A DNA stretch of 64,000 bases from Candidatus Omnitrophota bacterium (GCA_015233675.1 JADFXH010000009.1:22339-86338); one strand, 5' to 3'; numbered from the stretch's first letter, positions 18,449 through 28,386 are shown. Made by a program: numbers and translations. Notes: a model not told the origin generated them from the sequence alone.

Positions 18449-19981
18449 CTATATCTTAGGGACTAATAAATCTACTTGCTGATCAGAAAATATCTTAGTA
18501 TACCCCACAGGGTCAACCCATTGAAAACTATATTTCCCCCAATCACCATGAGAATTTTTCTCACCCTTAACTAAAAAAATGACAAACTTTTTCTGAGAAG
18601 CCGCTAATTTAACCAGATCATACGGCGTATAATGACTCAACATGCGCACATTGCGTTGAACATGGTAATACACTAAATCCGGAAAATTGGTAATGATCAT
18701 GTTGTCCTTGGGGACCTTTCTCAAAATAAGAACATAACGCTCTATTGATTTTGAAGAAGCCAATGTCTTTTCTTGTCCTTTTAGAAAATCTTTACCCAGA
18801 AGCATCTGGACAACAATAAACATACTCAGCAAAATAAATGCTACATGCGCCCGCTTTAAATTTTTCGACCTTTTTAAGAGGCCCGTTGCGATATCCGCAG
18901 CAAGCACAACAGCTATCATCATGATCCAGGCAACCTGTATCAAATACCGGTCATTGATTTTCTCAGCAGAAAACCGTAGCGTTTGAAAAATAATCAGAAA
19001 TATGGAATTAACCAAAAAATATGCTGTCAAAACAATCGTAAAAACAAACACCTTCTTGTCTACTTCGATCATCTCCCTTTCGATCATCTCCCTGGATTTT
19101 TTCACAATAAAAACCACTGCCGCAATAATTAAGAATGCCGCAAGCCCCATCATCGAGGGCTCGGCCCAAAGCATCATGGCAATACTGCCTAAAAAATCCT
19201 TGATATTACCGGCTAAAGGAGTTTGTGAAGGAGGGATAAAACAAGGCTGAATAGTCCCAAAAACACACCAATTCCTGAAAAGAAACGGCACGATAACAAG
19301 CGATATTCCTCCAGCATAAATAGTTATTATCCTAAAAAAATCTTTTTTCGATAACAAATTTAGAATCCAACAAACAATAAAACCAAGCACGATGCAGCCA
19401 ATCAAACATATCCCGACAAACCTTATCAAGAACACATACCCTGCCAGTAATCCAGATAGAAAAACTAAAGAAGAAGCCGCTTTATGTCCTTTTTCAATGA
19501 CATAAAATACCGCAAGCAGGGCCATCAAGCTAAAACACAGGCATGGAATATCCGACCATGCCATCATGGAACATTTAACTGCCGGGAACATGAAAGTGCA
19601 AACAAAGGAGCCAATCATGGCCTGTGATGAAGGCATCATTCGTTTAAATATCGAATAAAAAAGAAAGGGCAATATCAGAAAACACAAACGCGGCACTAAA
19701 AGACCGGCCGTATATCCATCAAGTCCAAACAGCATCAAAAAAGCGATCAAAATAGGGTAACCTGGCGGCTGCAAAAAAGCAGGGAAATATTCTTGTGTCG
19801 GCCCTTCAACAAGGAAATTCCAACACAGCATTCCTTGTCCACGATGTATGTTTTCAGCCGTGCTGATATAGATCATTGAGTCAAAAGTATATGGGAAAAC
19901 CCTGCCGGACAATAAACACAAGAGGGCAACCCCTAAAACGACCAGCAAGAAAAAAAATATCTTTTTCAAAAAAAAGGCCAT
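18449..19981 (-). CDS. polytopic GT-C (ArnT/PMT_2-like) membrane glycosyltransferase-like protein
   Basis: Many predicted TM helices. The first-loop motif FDSMIYISTAENIHRGQG resembles the D-x3-Y-x3-A-x4-G loop of GT39/GT83-type enzymes. The likely start is MAFFLKK (ATG at 19981), 2 nt after the stop of the upstream gene; the track start at 20053 overlaps that gene. Confidence 0.5.
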   Translation of the reverse strand: MAFFLKKIFFFLLVVLGVALLCLLSGRVFPYTFDSMIYISTAENIHRGQGMLCWNFLVEGPTQEYFPAFLQPPGYPILIAFLMLFGLDGYTAGLLVPRLCFLILPFLFYSIFKRMMPSSQAMIGSFVCTFMFPAVKCSMMAWSDIPCLCFSLMALLAVFYVIEKGHKAASSLVFLSGLLAGYVFLIRFVGICLIGCIVLGFIVCWILNLLSKKDFFRIITIYAGGISLVIVPFLFRNWCVFGTIQPCFIPPSQTPLAGNIKDFLGSIAMMLWAEPSMMGLAAFLIIAAVVFIVKKSREMIEREMIEVDKKVFVFTIVLTAYFLVNSIFLIIFQTLRFSAEKINDRYLIQVAWIMMIAVVLAADIATGLLKRSKNLKRAHVAFILLSMFIVVQMLLGKDFLKGQEKTLASSKSIERYVLILRKVPKDNMIITNFPDLVYYHVQRNVRMLSHYTPYDLVKLAASQKKFVIFLVKGEKNSHGDWGKYSFQWVDPVGYTKIFSDQQVDLLVPKI

Positions 19982-19983
19982 TA

Positions 19984-20643
19984 TCAATTTACCCGGTTTG
20001 ACTGCCAAAACTCTTTTGTATCCACATCCATGATCGTAAGCCGCGCACCCCATCCTGCCCCGGTATCTAACCCCCAGACATTACAGAATTTCTGGGGTCC
20101 TTCTTTCCCAAAATTCAGCGTCGGAGTATGGCCGACAAAAATCTCATCGTAATTCCCGAATTTATAATCCGCTGAAGCCATCTGAAACTGTTGTGCTTTT
20201 TTTAACAAACTTCTATCCCAAAGAAAGATTTCCTTGGGAGTTTCTTCAACAGTACGTTGGGGGTCAAAACCCCCGTGAACAAACAGCCTGTTTTGATCAA
20301 CAAAATAAAAATGAGCTTCAGCCAAAAAACGGATATGCTCGCCGGGCATTCCGGTTTCCTTATAAGACATCATCGTCTGTGCTCCTCCCTGATCCAGCCA
20401 TTCTTGAGGCATTTTCCCATTAATCGCCCACTCTAAGCTCCAAGCGTCATGGTTCCCCAAAATATAAATACACCCGGGAAGAGTCAAAAGCTCATCAATA
20501 CACTCTCTGACCTGTTTACCCCTGTCGCAGACATCGCCCAAACAGATAAGCCGGTCTTTGTCCCTGTCAAATCGGGACAGCTCTAAACATTGAAGCAGGG
20601 CCTTATAAGTCCCATGAATATCACCTATAACAAATGTCTTCAT
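19984..20643 (-). CDS. calcineurin-like metallophosphoesterase (PrpA/ApaH-type Ser/Thr phosphatase family)
   Basis: 219 aa. GDIHG, GDVCDRG and GNHD metallophosphatase motifs. Confidence 0.85.
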   Translation of the reverse strand: MKTFVIGDIHGTYKALLQCLELSRFDRDKDRLICLGDVCDRGKQVRECIDELLTLPGCIYILGNHDAWSLEWAINGKMPQEWLDQGGAQTMMSYKETGMPGEHIRFLAEAHFYFVDQNRLFVHGGFDPQRTVEETPKEIFLWDRSLLKKAQQFQMASADYKFGNYDEIFVGHTPTLNFGKEGPQKFCNVWGLDTGAGWGARLTIMDVDTKEFWQSNRVN

Positions 20644-20683
20644 AAATTTTATAAAGAATAAATTTATTCTTTTCGTTCGCGCA

Positions 20684-20855
20684 TTGAGATGAACAGCTAT
20701 TATATATTCGGCACGGGAATTTTTCGCCGTCTGCTACGGTTTACAGCTTGGCTGCTATCGCGATAAGGCATTCGCGGCAGCCAAGCTGTAAATCCTTGCA
20801 GACTTTTGGCAAAAAATTCCTATCGTGCCTCACACATAATAGCTGTTCATCTCAA
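20684..20855 (+). repeat. type I long-hairpin repeat, copy C (basal variant 2, apical variant 2)
   Basis: TTGAGATGAACAGCTATTA...TAATAGCTGTTCATCTCAA. The apex is CTTGGCTGCTATCGCGATAAGGCATTCGCGGCAGCCAAG. Confidence 0.9.
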
Positions 20856-20916
20856 GCGCATGCGTCATTATAAGAGATAAATTCTTTAAAACGAAACTAT
20901 GATTTAGTACATTAGT

Positions 20917-21089
20917 ATGGATGGACAGGTATTATTAATTCGGCACATTCAGGAATTTTTTCCCAAAAGTCTGCGAGGAGTTACAACAAAAATGTTCCAA
21001 ATGAAGAGAATCTTTAGAACATTTTTGTTGTAAACCGAAGCAGACGGAAAAAATATTCCGTGCCGAATTAATAATACCTGTCCATCCAT
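20917..21089 (-). repeat. type I long-hairpin repeat, copy A' (basal variant 1, apical variant 1)
   Basis: Near-identical to copy A over 173 nt. Sits 61 nt from copy C in the asd / phosphatase intergenic gap. Confidence 0.9.
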
Positions 21090-21139
21090 CACGCTACAAA
21101 TTGCGCTAAGAATAAATTGTTTTGAAATGCCCTTAGACT

Positions 21140-22117
21140 TTATTTATTCTTGATCAAAAATTCCGCAATTTGGACGGCATTTAGGGCGGCGCCCTTGCGT
21201 AGATTATCCGAAACCACCCACAGATTCAAACCATTGGGAATGGAAATGTCCTCGCGGATGCGGCCGACAAAGGTCTCATCACGGCCGTCAGACATAATAG
21301 GCAGCGGATACAGGGATGAGGAAACATCATCAACAACCTTGACCCCCGGCGCCTTGCTTAAAATTCTAATCGCTTGGGCACGGGTGATCTTTTTCTTGGT
21401 CTCAATATTTATTGATTCAGAGTGGCTGTTTTTGACCGGTACCCGCACACAAGTGGGGCACACCTGAATCTTTTGGTCATGAAACATCTTGCGGGTTTCA
21501 TTGACCATTTTCATCTCTTCTTTAGTATAAAAATTATCCGTAAACACATCAATGTGCGGAATCAAATTATGCGCTATTTGATGAGGAAATTTCTTAACGG
21601 TCTTTTGACCGGCCAACTGATCTTCTAATTCCGCCACAGCCTCAGCGCCGGCGCCAGAAACCGCCTGATACGTTGAAACAACGATACGTTTGATCTTGGC
21701 AAAATCATGCAGGGGCTTTAAAGCCACCAGCATTTGTATGGTCGAACAATTTGGATTAGCAATGATCCCTTTATGTTTTTTGATATCTTCAGGATTAACT
21801 TCAGGCACCACCAAAGGGACTTTCGGATCCATACGAAATTGTGACGTATTGTCAATCACAACTGCCCCTGCCTTGACCGCAATAGGCGCCCATATCTTGG
21901 AAATCTCAGCGCCGGGTGACGCCAAAACAATGTCTACCCCGTTAAATACATCATGGGTCAATGGCACGTACTTATGCCCCTCCAGTTGGCCGCCTGCGCC
22001 GCTGGGTGAAATTAATATCAATTTATTAACAGGAAATTTACGCTCTTTGACAATGCGGTACATGCATTGGCCTACTGCTCCCCGAATACCTAAAATAGCA
22101 ACATTATATTTTTTCAT
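21140..22117 (-). CDS. asd: aspartate-semialdehyde dehydrogenase
   Basis: 325 aa. GIRGAVG Rossmann motif and active-site NPNCSTIQ. Confidence 0.92.
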   Translation of the reverse strand: MKKYNVAILGIRGAVGQCMYRIVKERKFPVNKLILISPSGAGGQLEGHKYVPLTHDVFNGVDIVLASPGAEISKIWAPIAVKAGAVVIDNTSQFRMDPKVPLVVPEVNPEDIKKHKGIIANPNCSTIQMLVALKPLHDFAKIKRIVVSTYQAVSGAGAEAVAELEDQLAGQKTVKKFPHQIAHNLIPHIDVFTDNFYTKEEMKMVNETRKMFHDQKIQVCPTCVRVPVKNSHSESINIETKKKITRAQAIRILSKAPGVKVVDDVSSSLYPLPIMSDGRDETFVGRIREDISIPNGLNLWVVSDNLRKGAALNAVQIAEFLIKNK

Positions 22118-22125
22118 TTGGACTC

Positions 22126-23184
22126 CTAAACAAGTTCTTTAATAACAAGATCACCAACTTCTGCTGTGGTATAACCCATTTTCCCGGCTGCTAAATCTTT
22201 GATCTTGGTTAAAACCACGCATTTGACTGCATCCTCGATAGAAGTCGCGGCTTTAGCCTCCCCCACTTGCCTTAATAACATGGCGCCCGCACAAATCGCC
22301 GCCAAAGGATTAATAACATTCTTGCCCGTATATTTAGGAGTTGAGCCGCCAATAGGCTCAAACATGGAAACGCCTGTTGGATTAATGTTGCCTCCTGCGG
22401 CAATTCCCATGCCTCCTTGGATCATAGCCCCCAAATCAGTTATAATGTCCCCGAACATATTATCCGTCACAATCACATCAAACCACTCCGGATTCTTAAC
22501 AAACCACATCGTAGTTGCATCCACGTGAGTATATTCTGTTGTGACATCAGGGTACTCTTTGGCAATCTCATAAAACGTACGTTCCCAAAGGTCAAACGCA
22601 AACGTCAGGACATTCGTCTTGCCGCAAAGCGTCAATTTCTTCTTTTTCCCATGCTGACGTGTGTATTCAAAAGCGTAACGGATGCAACGCTCCACCCCGC
22701 GCCTGGTATTATGAGAAATCTGAATGGCAACTTCATCAGCCGTTCCTTTATTCTGAAATTCTCCAAGACCTTTGTACAGCCCTTCGGAATTCTCACGAAC
22801 AACTACAAAATCAATATCCTCCGGCTTTTTATTTTTCAATGGACAAAAGCGTTCATCAAAAAGCGTAACAGGCCGCAAATTAATGTATTGATCTAAATCA
22901 AAACGCAAGCGCAGCAAAATCCCTTTTTCTAGAATCCCCGGCTTCACATCAGGGTGGCCTATAGCCCCCAAATAAATAGCATCAAATTTTTTTAATTCAC
23001 TAATGCTTGAGTCCGGCAAAATTTCTTTGGTGCGAAGATATCTTTCCCCTCCAAAATCATAAGAATGCGTTTCATATTTAAAACCATATTTTAAGGAGGC
23101 TTCATGTATGACCTTAAGGCCTTCTCTGATAACTTCAGGGCCTGTTCCGTCACCGGGTATAATGGCAAATTTGTAATTTTTCAT
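22126..23184 (-). CDS. leuB: 3-isopropylmalate dehydrogenase family enzyme (isopropylmalate/tartrate/isocitrate DH superfamily)
   Basis: 352 aa. [10 protein letters not shown] and DQYINLRPV motifs. The subfamily (LeuB versus tartrate/D-malate DH-like) cannot be fixed by eye. Confidence 0.65.
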   Translation of the reverse strand: MKNYKFAIIPGDGTGPEVIREGLKVIHEASLKYGFKYETHSYDFGGERYLRTKEILPDSSISELKKFDAIYLGAIGHPDVKPGILEKGILLRLRFDLDQYINLRPVTLFDERFCPLKNKKPEDIDFVVVRENSEGLYKGLGEFQNKGTADEVAIQISHNTRRGVERCIRYAFEYTRQHGKKKKLTLCGKTNVLTFAFDLWERTFYEIAKEYPDVTTEYTHVDATTMWFVKNPEWFDVIVTDNMFGDIITDLGAMIQGGMGIAAGGNINPTGVSMFEPIGGSTPKYTGKNVINPLAAICAGAMLLRQVGEAKAATSIEDAVKCVVLTKIKDLAAGKMGYTTAEVGDLVIKELV

Positions 23185-23200
23185 AAATAACCCTTGGGAA

Positions 23201-23236
23201 TTCCCTCCCCCTTGTAATGAGGATTAGGGAGGGGAA
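23201..23236. repeat. pyrimidine/purine-tract hairpin TTCCCTCCCCC...GGGAGGGGAA upstream of leuB
   Basis: Lies between the fabF stop and the leuB start. Related to 38325-38345. Confidence 0.55.
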
Positions 23237-23244
23237 AATTTACT

Positions 23245-24489
23245 TTAAGCTTTATATCTTTTAACTACCAATGTAGCGTTATGTCCACCGAAACCTAAAG
23301 AATTTGATAAAGCCACATCCACCGTAACCTTGCGAGCAACATTAGGCACATAGTCCAGATCACATTCAGGATCCGGAGTTTCATAATTAATTGTCGGATG
23401 CACTATATTATCCCTGATCGACATGACACAAGCCGCAAGCTCAATACCACCGGCCGCCCCCAAAAGATGACCGGTCATAGATTTAGTCGAAGAAACAGGA
23501 ATTCTTTTAGCATAATCACCGAATAGTTTCTTAATGGCCATTGATTCAATCTGGTCATTAAGTTTGGTCGAAGTCCCGTGCGCATTAATATAACTGATAT
23601 CTGTGGTTTTTAAACCAGCATCTTTGATCGCCATGTCCATTGACCTGAGAGCCCCCAAACCTTCCGGATGAGGAGCCGTAATGTGATAAGCATCCGAGGT
23701 CCTGCCATAACCGGCTAATTCCGCCAAAATTTTAGCTTGACGGCGACTGGCAAACTCAAGACTTTCTAATATCACCACACCGGCCCCTTCGCCCATAACA
23801 AAACCATCGCGGTTTAAATCAAAAGGCCGACTGGCTTTTTGAGGAGCATCGTTTCTCTTGCTTAAAGCCTTCAAGGCACAAAAGCCGCCTAATCCAATCC
23901 TGGAAGTCGCACTTTCCGCACCGCCGGCAATGACCACATCCGCTTCGCCGTGCTGGATCATACGCATGCCTTCACCAATACAATTATTGGCCGTTGCACA
24001 CGCCGTGACAATAGCAAAACAAGGGCCAGTCGCGCCTGTATTGATTGACACTTGGCCCGCGGCTTCATTAATAATCATGCGAGTAATAAAAAACGGTGAG
24101 ATGCGCCCGGGCCCCTTCTCTATATATTTACCGTATTCTTCTTCCGCGGAAACGATACTGCCAATGCCCGACCCTATGACCACGGCAGCACGGGAAGTAT
24201 CCATTTGACGGATGTCGAGTTTAGCTTGAGCTAAAGCTTCATTGGCCGCCACCACCCCGAACTGTATAAAACGCGCCATGTTACGGGCGTCTTTAGAATT
24301 AAAATGTGCTAAAGGATCATAATCAATAACATCTCCATTTACACACGAATCAAACGCAGATGCGTCAAAATGACTGATGGTACGAATCCCGCTTTGGCCT
24401 TTGATCAAGGCCTGCCAAAACTTTTCAACCCCAGTACCAACCGGAGAGACGACCCCCATACCTGTTATAACCACACGTTTATTCTGCAT
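23245..24489 (-). CDS. fabF: 3-oxoacyl-ACP synthase II
   Basis: 414 aa. Active-site Cys context ACATANN, HGTST and GHLLGAAG. Confidence 0.93.
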   Translation of the reverse strand: MQNKRVVITGMGVVSPVGTGVEKFWQALIKGQSGIRTISHFDASAFDSCVNGDVIDYDPLAHFNSKDARNMARFIQFGVVAANEALAQAKLDIRQMDTSRAAVVIGSGIGSIVSAEEEYGKYIEKGPGRISPFFITRMIINEAAGQVSINTGATGPCFAIVTACATANNCIGEGMRMIQHGEADVVIAGGAESATSRIGLGGFCALKALSKRNDAPQKASRPFDLNRDGFVMGEGAGVVILESLEFASRRQAKILAELAGYGRTSDAYHITAPHPEGLGALRSMDMAIKDAGLKTTDISYINAHGTSTKLNDQIESMAIKKLFGDYAKRIPVSSTKSMTGHLLGAAGGIELAACVMSIRDNIVHPTINYETPDPECDLDYVPNVARKVTVDVALSNSLGFGGHNATLVVKRYKA

Positions 24490-24515
24490 TGGACTAAAGG
24501 CCCCCTATTAAAGAT

Positions 24516-24557
24516 TTGCCCCCGCTGTCCCACCATAGGCAAGGTGAGCGGGGGCAA
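24516..24557 (-). promoter_or_regulatory. intercistronic stem-loop between acpP and fabF
   Basis: The perfect 11-bp stem TTGCCCCCGCT pairs with AGCGGGGGCAA around a 20-nt loop, with a weak U-tract. Possible partial terminator or processing site. Confidence 0.45.
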
Positions 24558-24587
24558 GTCATGATAATATAAAACGCTTAAGAACTA

Positions 24588-24824
24588 TTAAGCGCCGGCT
24601 TTTTCTTCAATGTATTTAATCGCATCACCGACGGTCTTCATCTTTTCAGCATCTTCGTCAGGAATTTCAACGTTAAATTCCTCTTCCAAAGCCATGATAA
24701 GCTCTACGGTATCCAAAGAATCCGCACCTAAATCATCCACAAAAGACGCTGTCGGCGTAACTTCTTCGGGTTTAACACCCAATTGTTCCGCGATAATTGT
24801 CTTGATTTTGCTTTCTACTGCCAT
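24588..24824 (-). CDS. acpP: acyl carrier protein
   Basis: 78 aa. [12 protein letters not shown] phosphopantetheine-attachment motif. Confidence 0.95.
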   Translation of the reverse strand: MAVESKIKTIIAEQLGVKPEEVTPTASFVDDLGADSLDTVELIMALEEEFNVEIPDEDAEKMKTVGDAIKYIEEKAGA

Positions 24825-24851
24825 GTATTCCTCCTTGATTAGTTCACCCTA

Positions 24852-25592
24852 TTATACCGTCAATCCGCCATCCACTACAATCGTCTGTCCGGTAATGTAA
24901 TCAGCTGCCGTGGAAGCCAAGAACAAACAAACGCCCGCAACATCAGCAACTTCCCCAAAACGGGACAATGGAATACGTTCCAGGACTTTCTTTTGTACTT
25001 CTTCAGGTATTTTAGCCGTCATGCTCGTGCGAATATACCCCGGAGCCACACAATTTACCGTGATATTCCTGCAGGCAAATTCCTTGGCCACTGATTTAGA
25101 AAAAGCGATGACCCCTGCTTTGCTGGCCGCATAATTTGCCTGACCAATATTGCCTGTCATGCCAATAACCGATGCGATACTGATAATCTTGCCCTTGCGA
25201 GCCTTCAACATGGCTTTGGTGACAACCTTGGTCACATTAAAGGTCCCCTTAAGGTTTACCTTAATAACATCGTCCCAATCATTCTCCTCAAGTCTCAGGA
25301 GTAAATTGTCACGAGTTATGCCAGCATTGTTGACTAATATATCAATGTGTTTATGAATGTCAAGAATTTTATTAACAGTTTCTTGAACATTGCTCAAATT
25401 AGTCACATCACAGCCAAATCCATCTGCCAGATAACCTTCTGTCTTGAGCTGGGCGGCAACCTCTTGTGTTTGCTGGCCATTAAGATCCATGATAATGACC
25501 AAGGCCCCCTGCTGGGCAAATGCCTGGGCTATATTTAAGCCTATCCCGCGGGCGGATCCGGTCACTAAAACCACTTTATCTTTAAATTGCAT
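24852..25592 (-). CDS. fabG: 3-oxoacyl-ACP reductase
   Basis: 246 aa. TGSARGIG and YAASKAG SDR motifs, located next to acpP and fabF. Confidence 0.92.
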   Translation of the reverse strand: MQFKDKVVLVTGSARGIGLNIAQAFAQQGALVIIMDLNGQQTQEVAAQLKTEGYLADGFGCDVTNLSNVQETVNKILDIHKHIDILVNNAGITRDNLLLRLEENDWDDVIKVNLKGTFNVTKVVTKAMLKARKGKIISIASVIGMTGNIGQANYAASKAGVIAFSKSVAKEFACRNITVNCVAPGYIRTSMTAKIPEEVQKKVLERIPLSRFGEVADVAGVCLFLASTAADYITGQTIVVDGGLTV

Positions 25593-25687
25593 ATAACACC
25601 TCGATATTTTGCATTGTAAAATCCCTCAAAATCAAAGACTAAAATACTTTGACAAAACGGGATAACCGTATATTACCAATGAAAAAC

Positions 25688-26065
25688 TTATCTGCAAGTA
25701 AAATTTTGAATAATTGTGCGAGCCGACGAAAGTTCGAAAGACACACACCCGGCTTCGGGCAAAGCGTGGGGCTTATCAACGCGCACACAGGCAGATTGAA
25801 CCCTTTTATCAGACATAATGCCTGTCAAAAGCTTTGAAGCCAACTTTTCTAATAAGGTATAACGCGAACCCTGAGCCGTCTTAATTGCCTTTGCGGCAAC
25901 TGACTCGTAATTGAGCGCATCTTTAAGATTATCGGAAATACAAGCTTTAGAAGAATCATATTCAATGGTAATATTAATGACCACTTCCTGTTTATTAACC
26001 TTCTCCCAAGGATGGGCGCCTATAATTGTCCTGACTTTCAAATCATTAATCCTTATAATCGCCAT
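25688..26065 (-). CDS. folB: dihydroneopterin aldolase
   Basis: The FolB-like sequence starts at MAIIRINDLKVRTIIGAHPWEK (ATG at 26065, AAGGAAAAAT upstream). The track ORF extends to 26149 through a short hairpin repeat (VILSAAKDL...) and is probably over-extended. Confidence 0.8.
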   Translation of the reverse strand: MAIIRINDLKVRTIIGAHPWEKVNKQEVVINITIEYDSSKACISDNLKDALNYESVAAKAIKTAQGSRYTLLEKLASKLLTGIMSDKRVQSACVRVDKPHALPEAGCVSFELSSARTIIQNFTCR

Positions 26066-26121
26066 ATTTTTCCTTGCCCTGCCATTCTGAGGTGCAGCCG
26101 AAGAATCAAACGGCCCCTTAA

Positions 26122-26146
26122 GATCCTTTGCTGCGCTCAGTATGAC
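26122..26146. repeat. short repeat GATCCTTTGCTGCGCTCAGTATGAC
   Basis: Between the SDR gene and folB. A related unit at 35433-35461 shares the GATCCTT..GC....CAG.AT.AC ends. Confidence 0.6.
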
Positions 26147-26155
26147 CAAAAATTA

Positions 26156-26881
26156 TCAAATCAAACTTTCCCCGCCGTCATTAGTGATGATCTGGCCGGT
26201 CAAAAAATCGTTTTCCAGCAAAAATTGAACACTCTGCATGATATTGCGGGCGTTTCCAATTTTTTGCAAAGGTATTTTTCGCGCCCTCTTTATTCGATCA
26301 TCCGGTTGATTATTGACCGGAGCTAAAATCATACCCGGTGATATGCCATTGACCCTGATCCGAGGCCCCCATTGGACCGCAGCCATTTTCGTAAACTCCA
26401 TCAAAGCTTTTTTGGTCATCATATAATCCGCATACTTAGTCTTATACTTGATGACATTAGCATCTACAAAATTGATCACCTGTCCGCTTTTGACCAAGCG
26501 TGCAAACTCGCAGGTCAAAATATAAGGAGCTTTAAAATTTGTGTTCCAATGAGCCTTAAAAAGAGACAAATCACCTGCGCCAAATTGATTAGGGATAAAA
26601 ATCGAAGCACTGTTGATCAAAACATTAAAATTAGGAAAAGCTTTGAATACCTGCGGCGCCAATTTAAGAATTTGGGACTCATCCGCCAAATCGCAACAAA
26701 AAAGTTCACAAGGAACACCGGTTTTATAAATAGCTTGAGCCGTTGACATGGCCTCGATTTTAGAACGATGATAATGCAACGCAATCCCATACCCTAAACG
26801 AGCCAAATGCAAAGCTACGTGAGCGCCAATACGTTTAGCCGCACCCGTCACCAATACTGTTCCCTTTGTTTTAGAAACCAT
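26156..26881 (-). CDS. short-chain dehydrogenase, pteridine-reductase/FolM-like
   Basis: 241 aa. The VTGAAKRIG glycine motif and position between folE and folB suggest a pterin reductase. The family call rests on context. Confidence 0.6.
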   Translation of the reverse strand: MVSKTKGTVLVTGAAKRIGAHVALHLARLGYGIALHYHRSKIEAMSTAQAIYKTGVPCELFCCDLADESQILKLAPQVFKAFPNFNVLINSASIFIPNQFGAGDLSLFKAHWNTNFKAPYILTCEFARLVKSGQVINFVDANVIKYKTKYADYMMTKKALMEFTKMAAVQWGPRIRVNGISPGMILAPVNNQPDDRIKRARKIPLQKIGNARNIMQSVQFLLENDFLTGQIITNDGGESLI

Positions 26882-26885
26882 AATC

Positions 26886-27425
26886 TTAAGAGATAAGTGT
26901 CAGGAATTCCTTGCGGGTCGCTTCCCCTTTACGGAAGACCCCCAGAAGGCAGGATGTTTTCATAACTGAATTTTGCTTTTCTACCCCGCGCATCATCATG
27001 CATAAATGCTGAGCTTCGATCACAACCCCAACACCTAATGCGCCGGTAGCCAGCATCAAAGTTTGAGCGATCTGTCTGGTCAAATTTTCCTGCACTTGCA
27101 GGCGGCGGGCATACATGTCCACGATTCGGGCAATTTTAGAAAGACCTATTATTTTTCCGTTGGGGATATAACCTACATGGGCCTTGCCAAAAAACGGCAA
27201 AAGATGATGTTCGCACAAAGAATATAACTCAATGTCTTTGACAATTACCATTTCATCATTGTCAGAAGTAAAAATAGCCCCATTGACTATTTCATCAACA
27301 TTTTTTTTATAGCCCTGGGTCATGAACTCAAAGGCTTGGGCCGCCCGCTGGGGAGTCTTCAAAAGCCCCTCACGTTTAGGATTCTCTCCTATAGACTCGA
27401 TTAATTCTCTAAAATATTGGTCCAT
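26886..27425 (-). CDS. folE: GTP cyclohydrolase I
   Basis: 179 aa. CEHHLLPF zinc/active-site motif. Confidence 0.93.
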   Translation of the reverse strand: MDQYFRELIESIGENPKREGLLKTPQRAAQAFEFMTQGYKKNVDEIVNGAIFTSDNDEMVIVKDIELYSLCEHHLLPFFGKAHVGYIPNGKIIGLSKIARIVDMYARRLQVQENLTRQIAQTLMLATGALGVGVVIEAQHLCMMMRGVEKQNSVMKTSCLLGVFRKGEATRKEFLTLIS

Positions 27426-27505
27426 TCCATTTCTCCTGCGTACTGTTTAAGGAAAGAATACATACACTCTAAATGCTTAGAAGGATAAATTGAAATATTA
27501 CCATA

Positions 27506-27532
27506 TTGACTATTCCCTGTCCATGCTATAAT
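27506..27532 (+). promoter_or_regulatory. extended -10 promoter of the PHP phosphatase gene
   Basis: TTGACT (27506-27511), a 15-nt spacer, then TGCTATAAT (27524-27532). The ATG begins 8 nt after the -10 and there is no SD. Confidence 0.5.
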
Positions 27533-27540
27533 CTCGTTCT

Positions 27541-28344
27541 ATGATTCTTTACGGTGACTACCACATTCATACTCCTCTTTGCGGTCATGCCATCGGTGAG
27601 CCCGAAGAGTACATTAAACAAGCCATTAAAGTTGGTCTTAAAGAAATCGGATTCTCTGATCATGCGCCCATGGTGCACAAACCCATGCCCGGAATAACAA
27701 TGTCTTTTGACCAACTGCCTGGGTATAACGCCATGATCGAAGACATCCGTAAACGCTTTGCTTCTCAAATCAGCATTAAAATCGCCATAGAATTAGATTT
27801 TCTGCCTGGATATGAAAATAAAACTAAAGCTATTGCTGATAGCTATCCTTATGATTATATCATCGGTTCGGTCCATTTTATCGATGGCTGGGCTTTTGAT
27901 GACCCTGCTACCCGTGAATACTGGAAAAAATACGATGTCAATGAAGTCTACCGCAAATACTACGCCCTTTTAAGGCAGTCTGCCCAAACCGGATTTTATC
28001 AAATTATAGGCCATTGCGACTTGCCTAAAAAATTCGGCGCCAGGCCTGGCGTTGATCTAACCGATGAGATCAAAGCAACGGCTAAAATTTTTAAGGACAC
28101 AGGCATAGCTGTTGAAATCAACACCTCGGGTTTACGCAAACCCATCGGCGAAATGTTCCCGGATCTTAATTGCCTAAAAATATATCGTGAAGCTAAGGTG
28201 CCTTTGGTATTCGGCTCTGACGCGCATGACCCTCTTGACGTTGGCAAAGATTTTGACAAAGCCGTTGACTTGGCCAAAGCTGCCGGATACAACGAATATC
28301 TAATATTCAAAAACAAAAGAATAGAAAGACTAATTAAAATCTAG
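27541..28344 (+). CDS. PHP-family histidinol-phosphatase (HisJ type)
   Basis: 267 aa. YGDYHIHTPLCGHA N-terminal PHP metal motif, plus later SDHAP, GSVHF and GSDAH motifs. Confidence 0.8.
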   Translation: MILYGDYHIHTPLCGHAIGEPEEYIKQAIKVGLKEIGFSDHAPMVHKPMPGITMSFDQLPGYNAMIEDIRKRFASQISIKIAIELDFLPGYENKTKAIADSYPYDYIIGSVHFIDGWAFDDPATREYWKKYDVNEVYRKYYALLRQSAQTGFYQIIGHCDLPKKFGARPGVDLTDEIKATAKIFKDTGIAVEINTSGLRKPIGEMFPDLNCLKIYREAKVPLVFGSDAHDPLDVGKDFDKAVDLAKAAGYNEYLIFKNKRIERLIKI

Positions 28345-28386
28345 ACAAGCACGATTAGAAAAAACCTTATTCGTTTAGCCTGCGTC

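Noticed and set aside
20644-21139. Type I hairpins as integron attC sites (imperfect palindromes with extrahelical bases and a variable tip).
   Set aside because: No integrase and no GTTRRRY-type core sites that I can see. Copies occur in both orientations. The intervening genes are large housekeeping operons rather than promoterless cassettes.
21690-22142. Long antisense ORFs opposite conserved genes, for example 21690..22142 (150 aa), 22417..22896 (159 aa), 50289..50753 (154 aa), 30078..30503 (141 aa), 14588..14971 (127 aa) and 340..841.
   Set aside because: Each lies fully inside a well-supported enzyme gene on the other strand. They have low-complexity or biased composition and no recognisable motifs or RBS.
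26066-26149. N-terminal extensions given by the ORF track for folB (to 26149), sufU (to 37081), moaA (to 36627), the PCD gene (to 43179), Nfu (to 43798), rplM (to 17644) and murB (from 32419).
   Set aside because: The conserved protein families start at internal Met codons with better RBS and spacing. The extensions overlap upstream genes or translate hairpin repeats.
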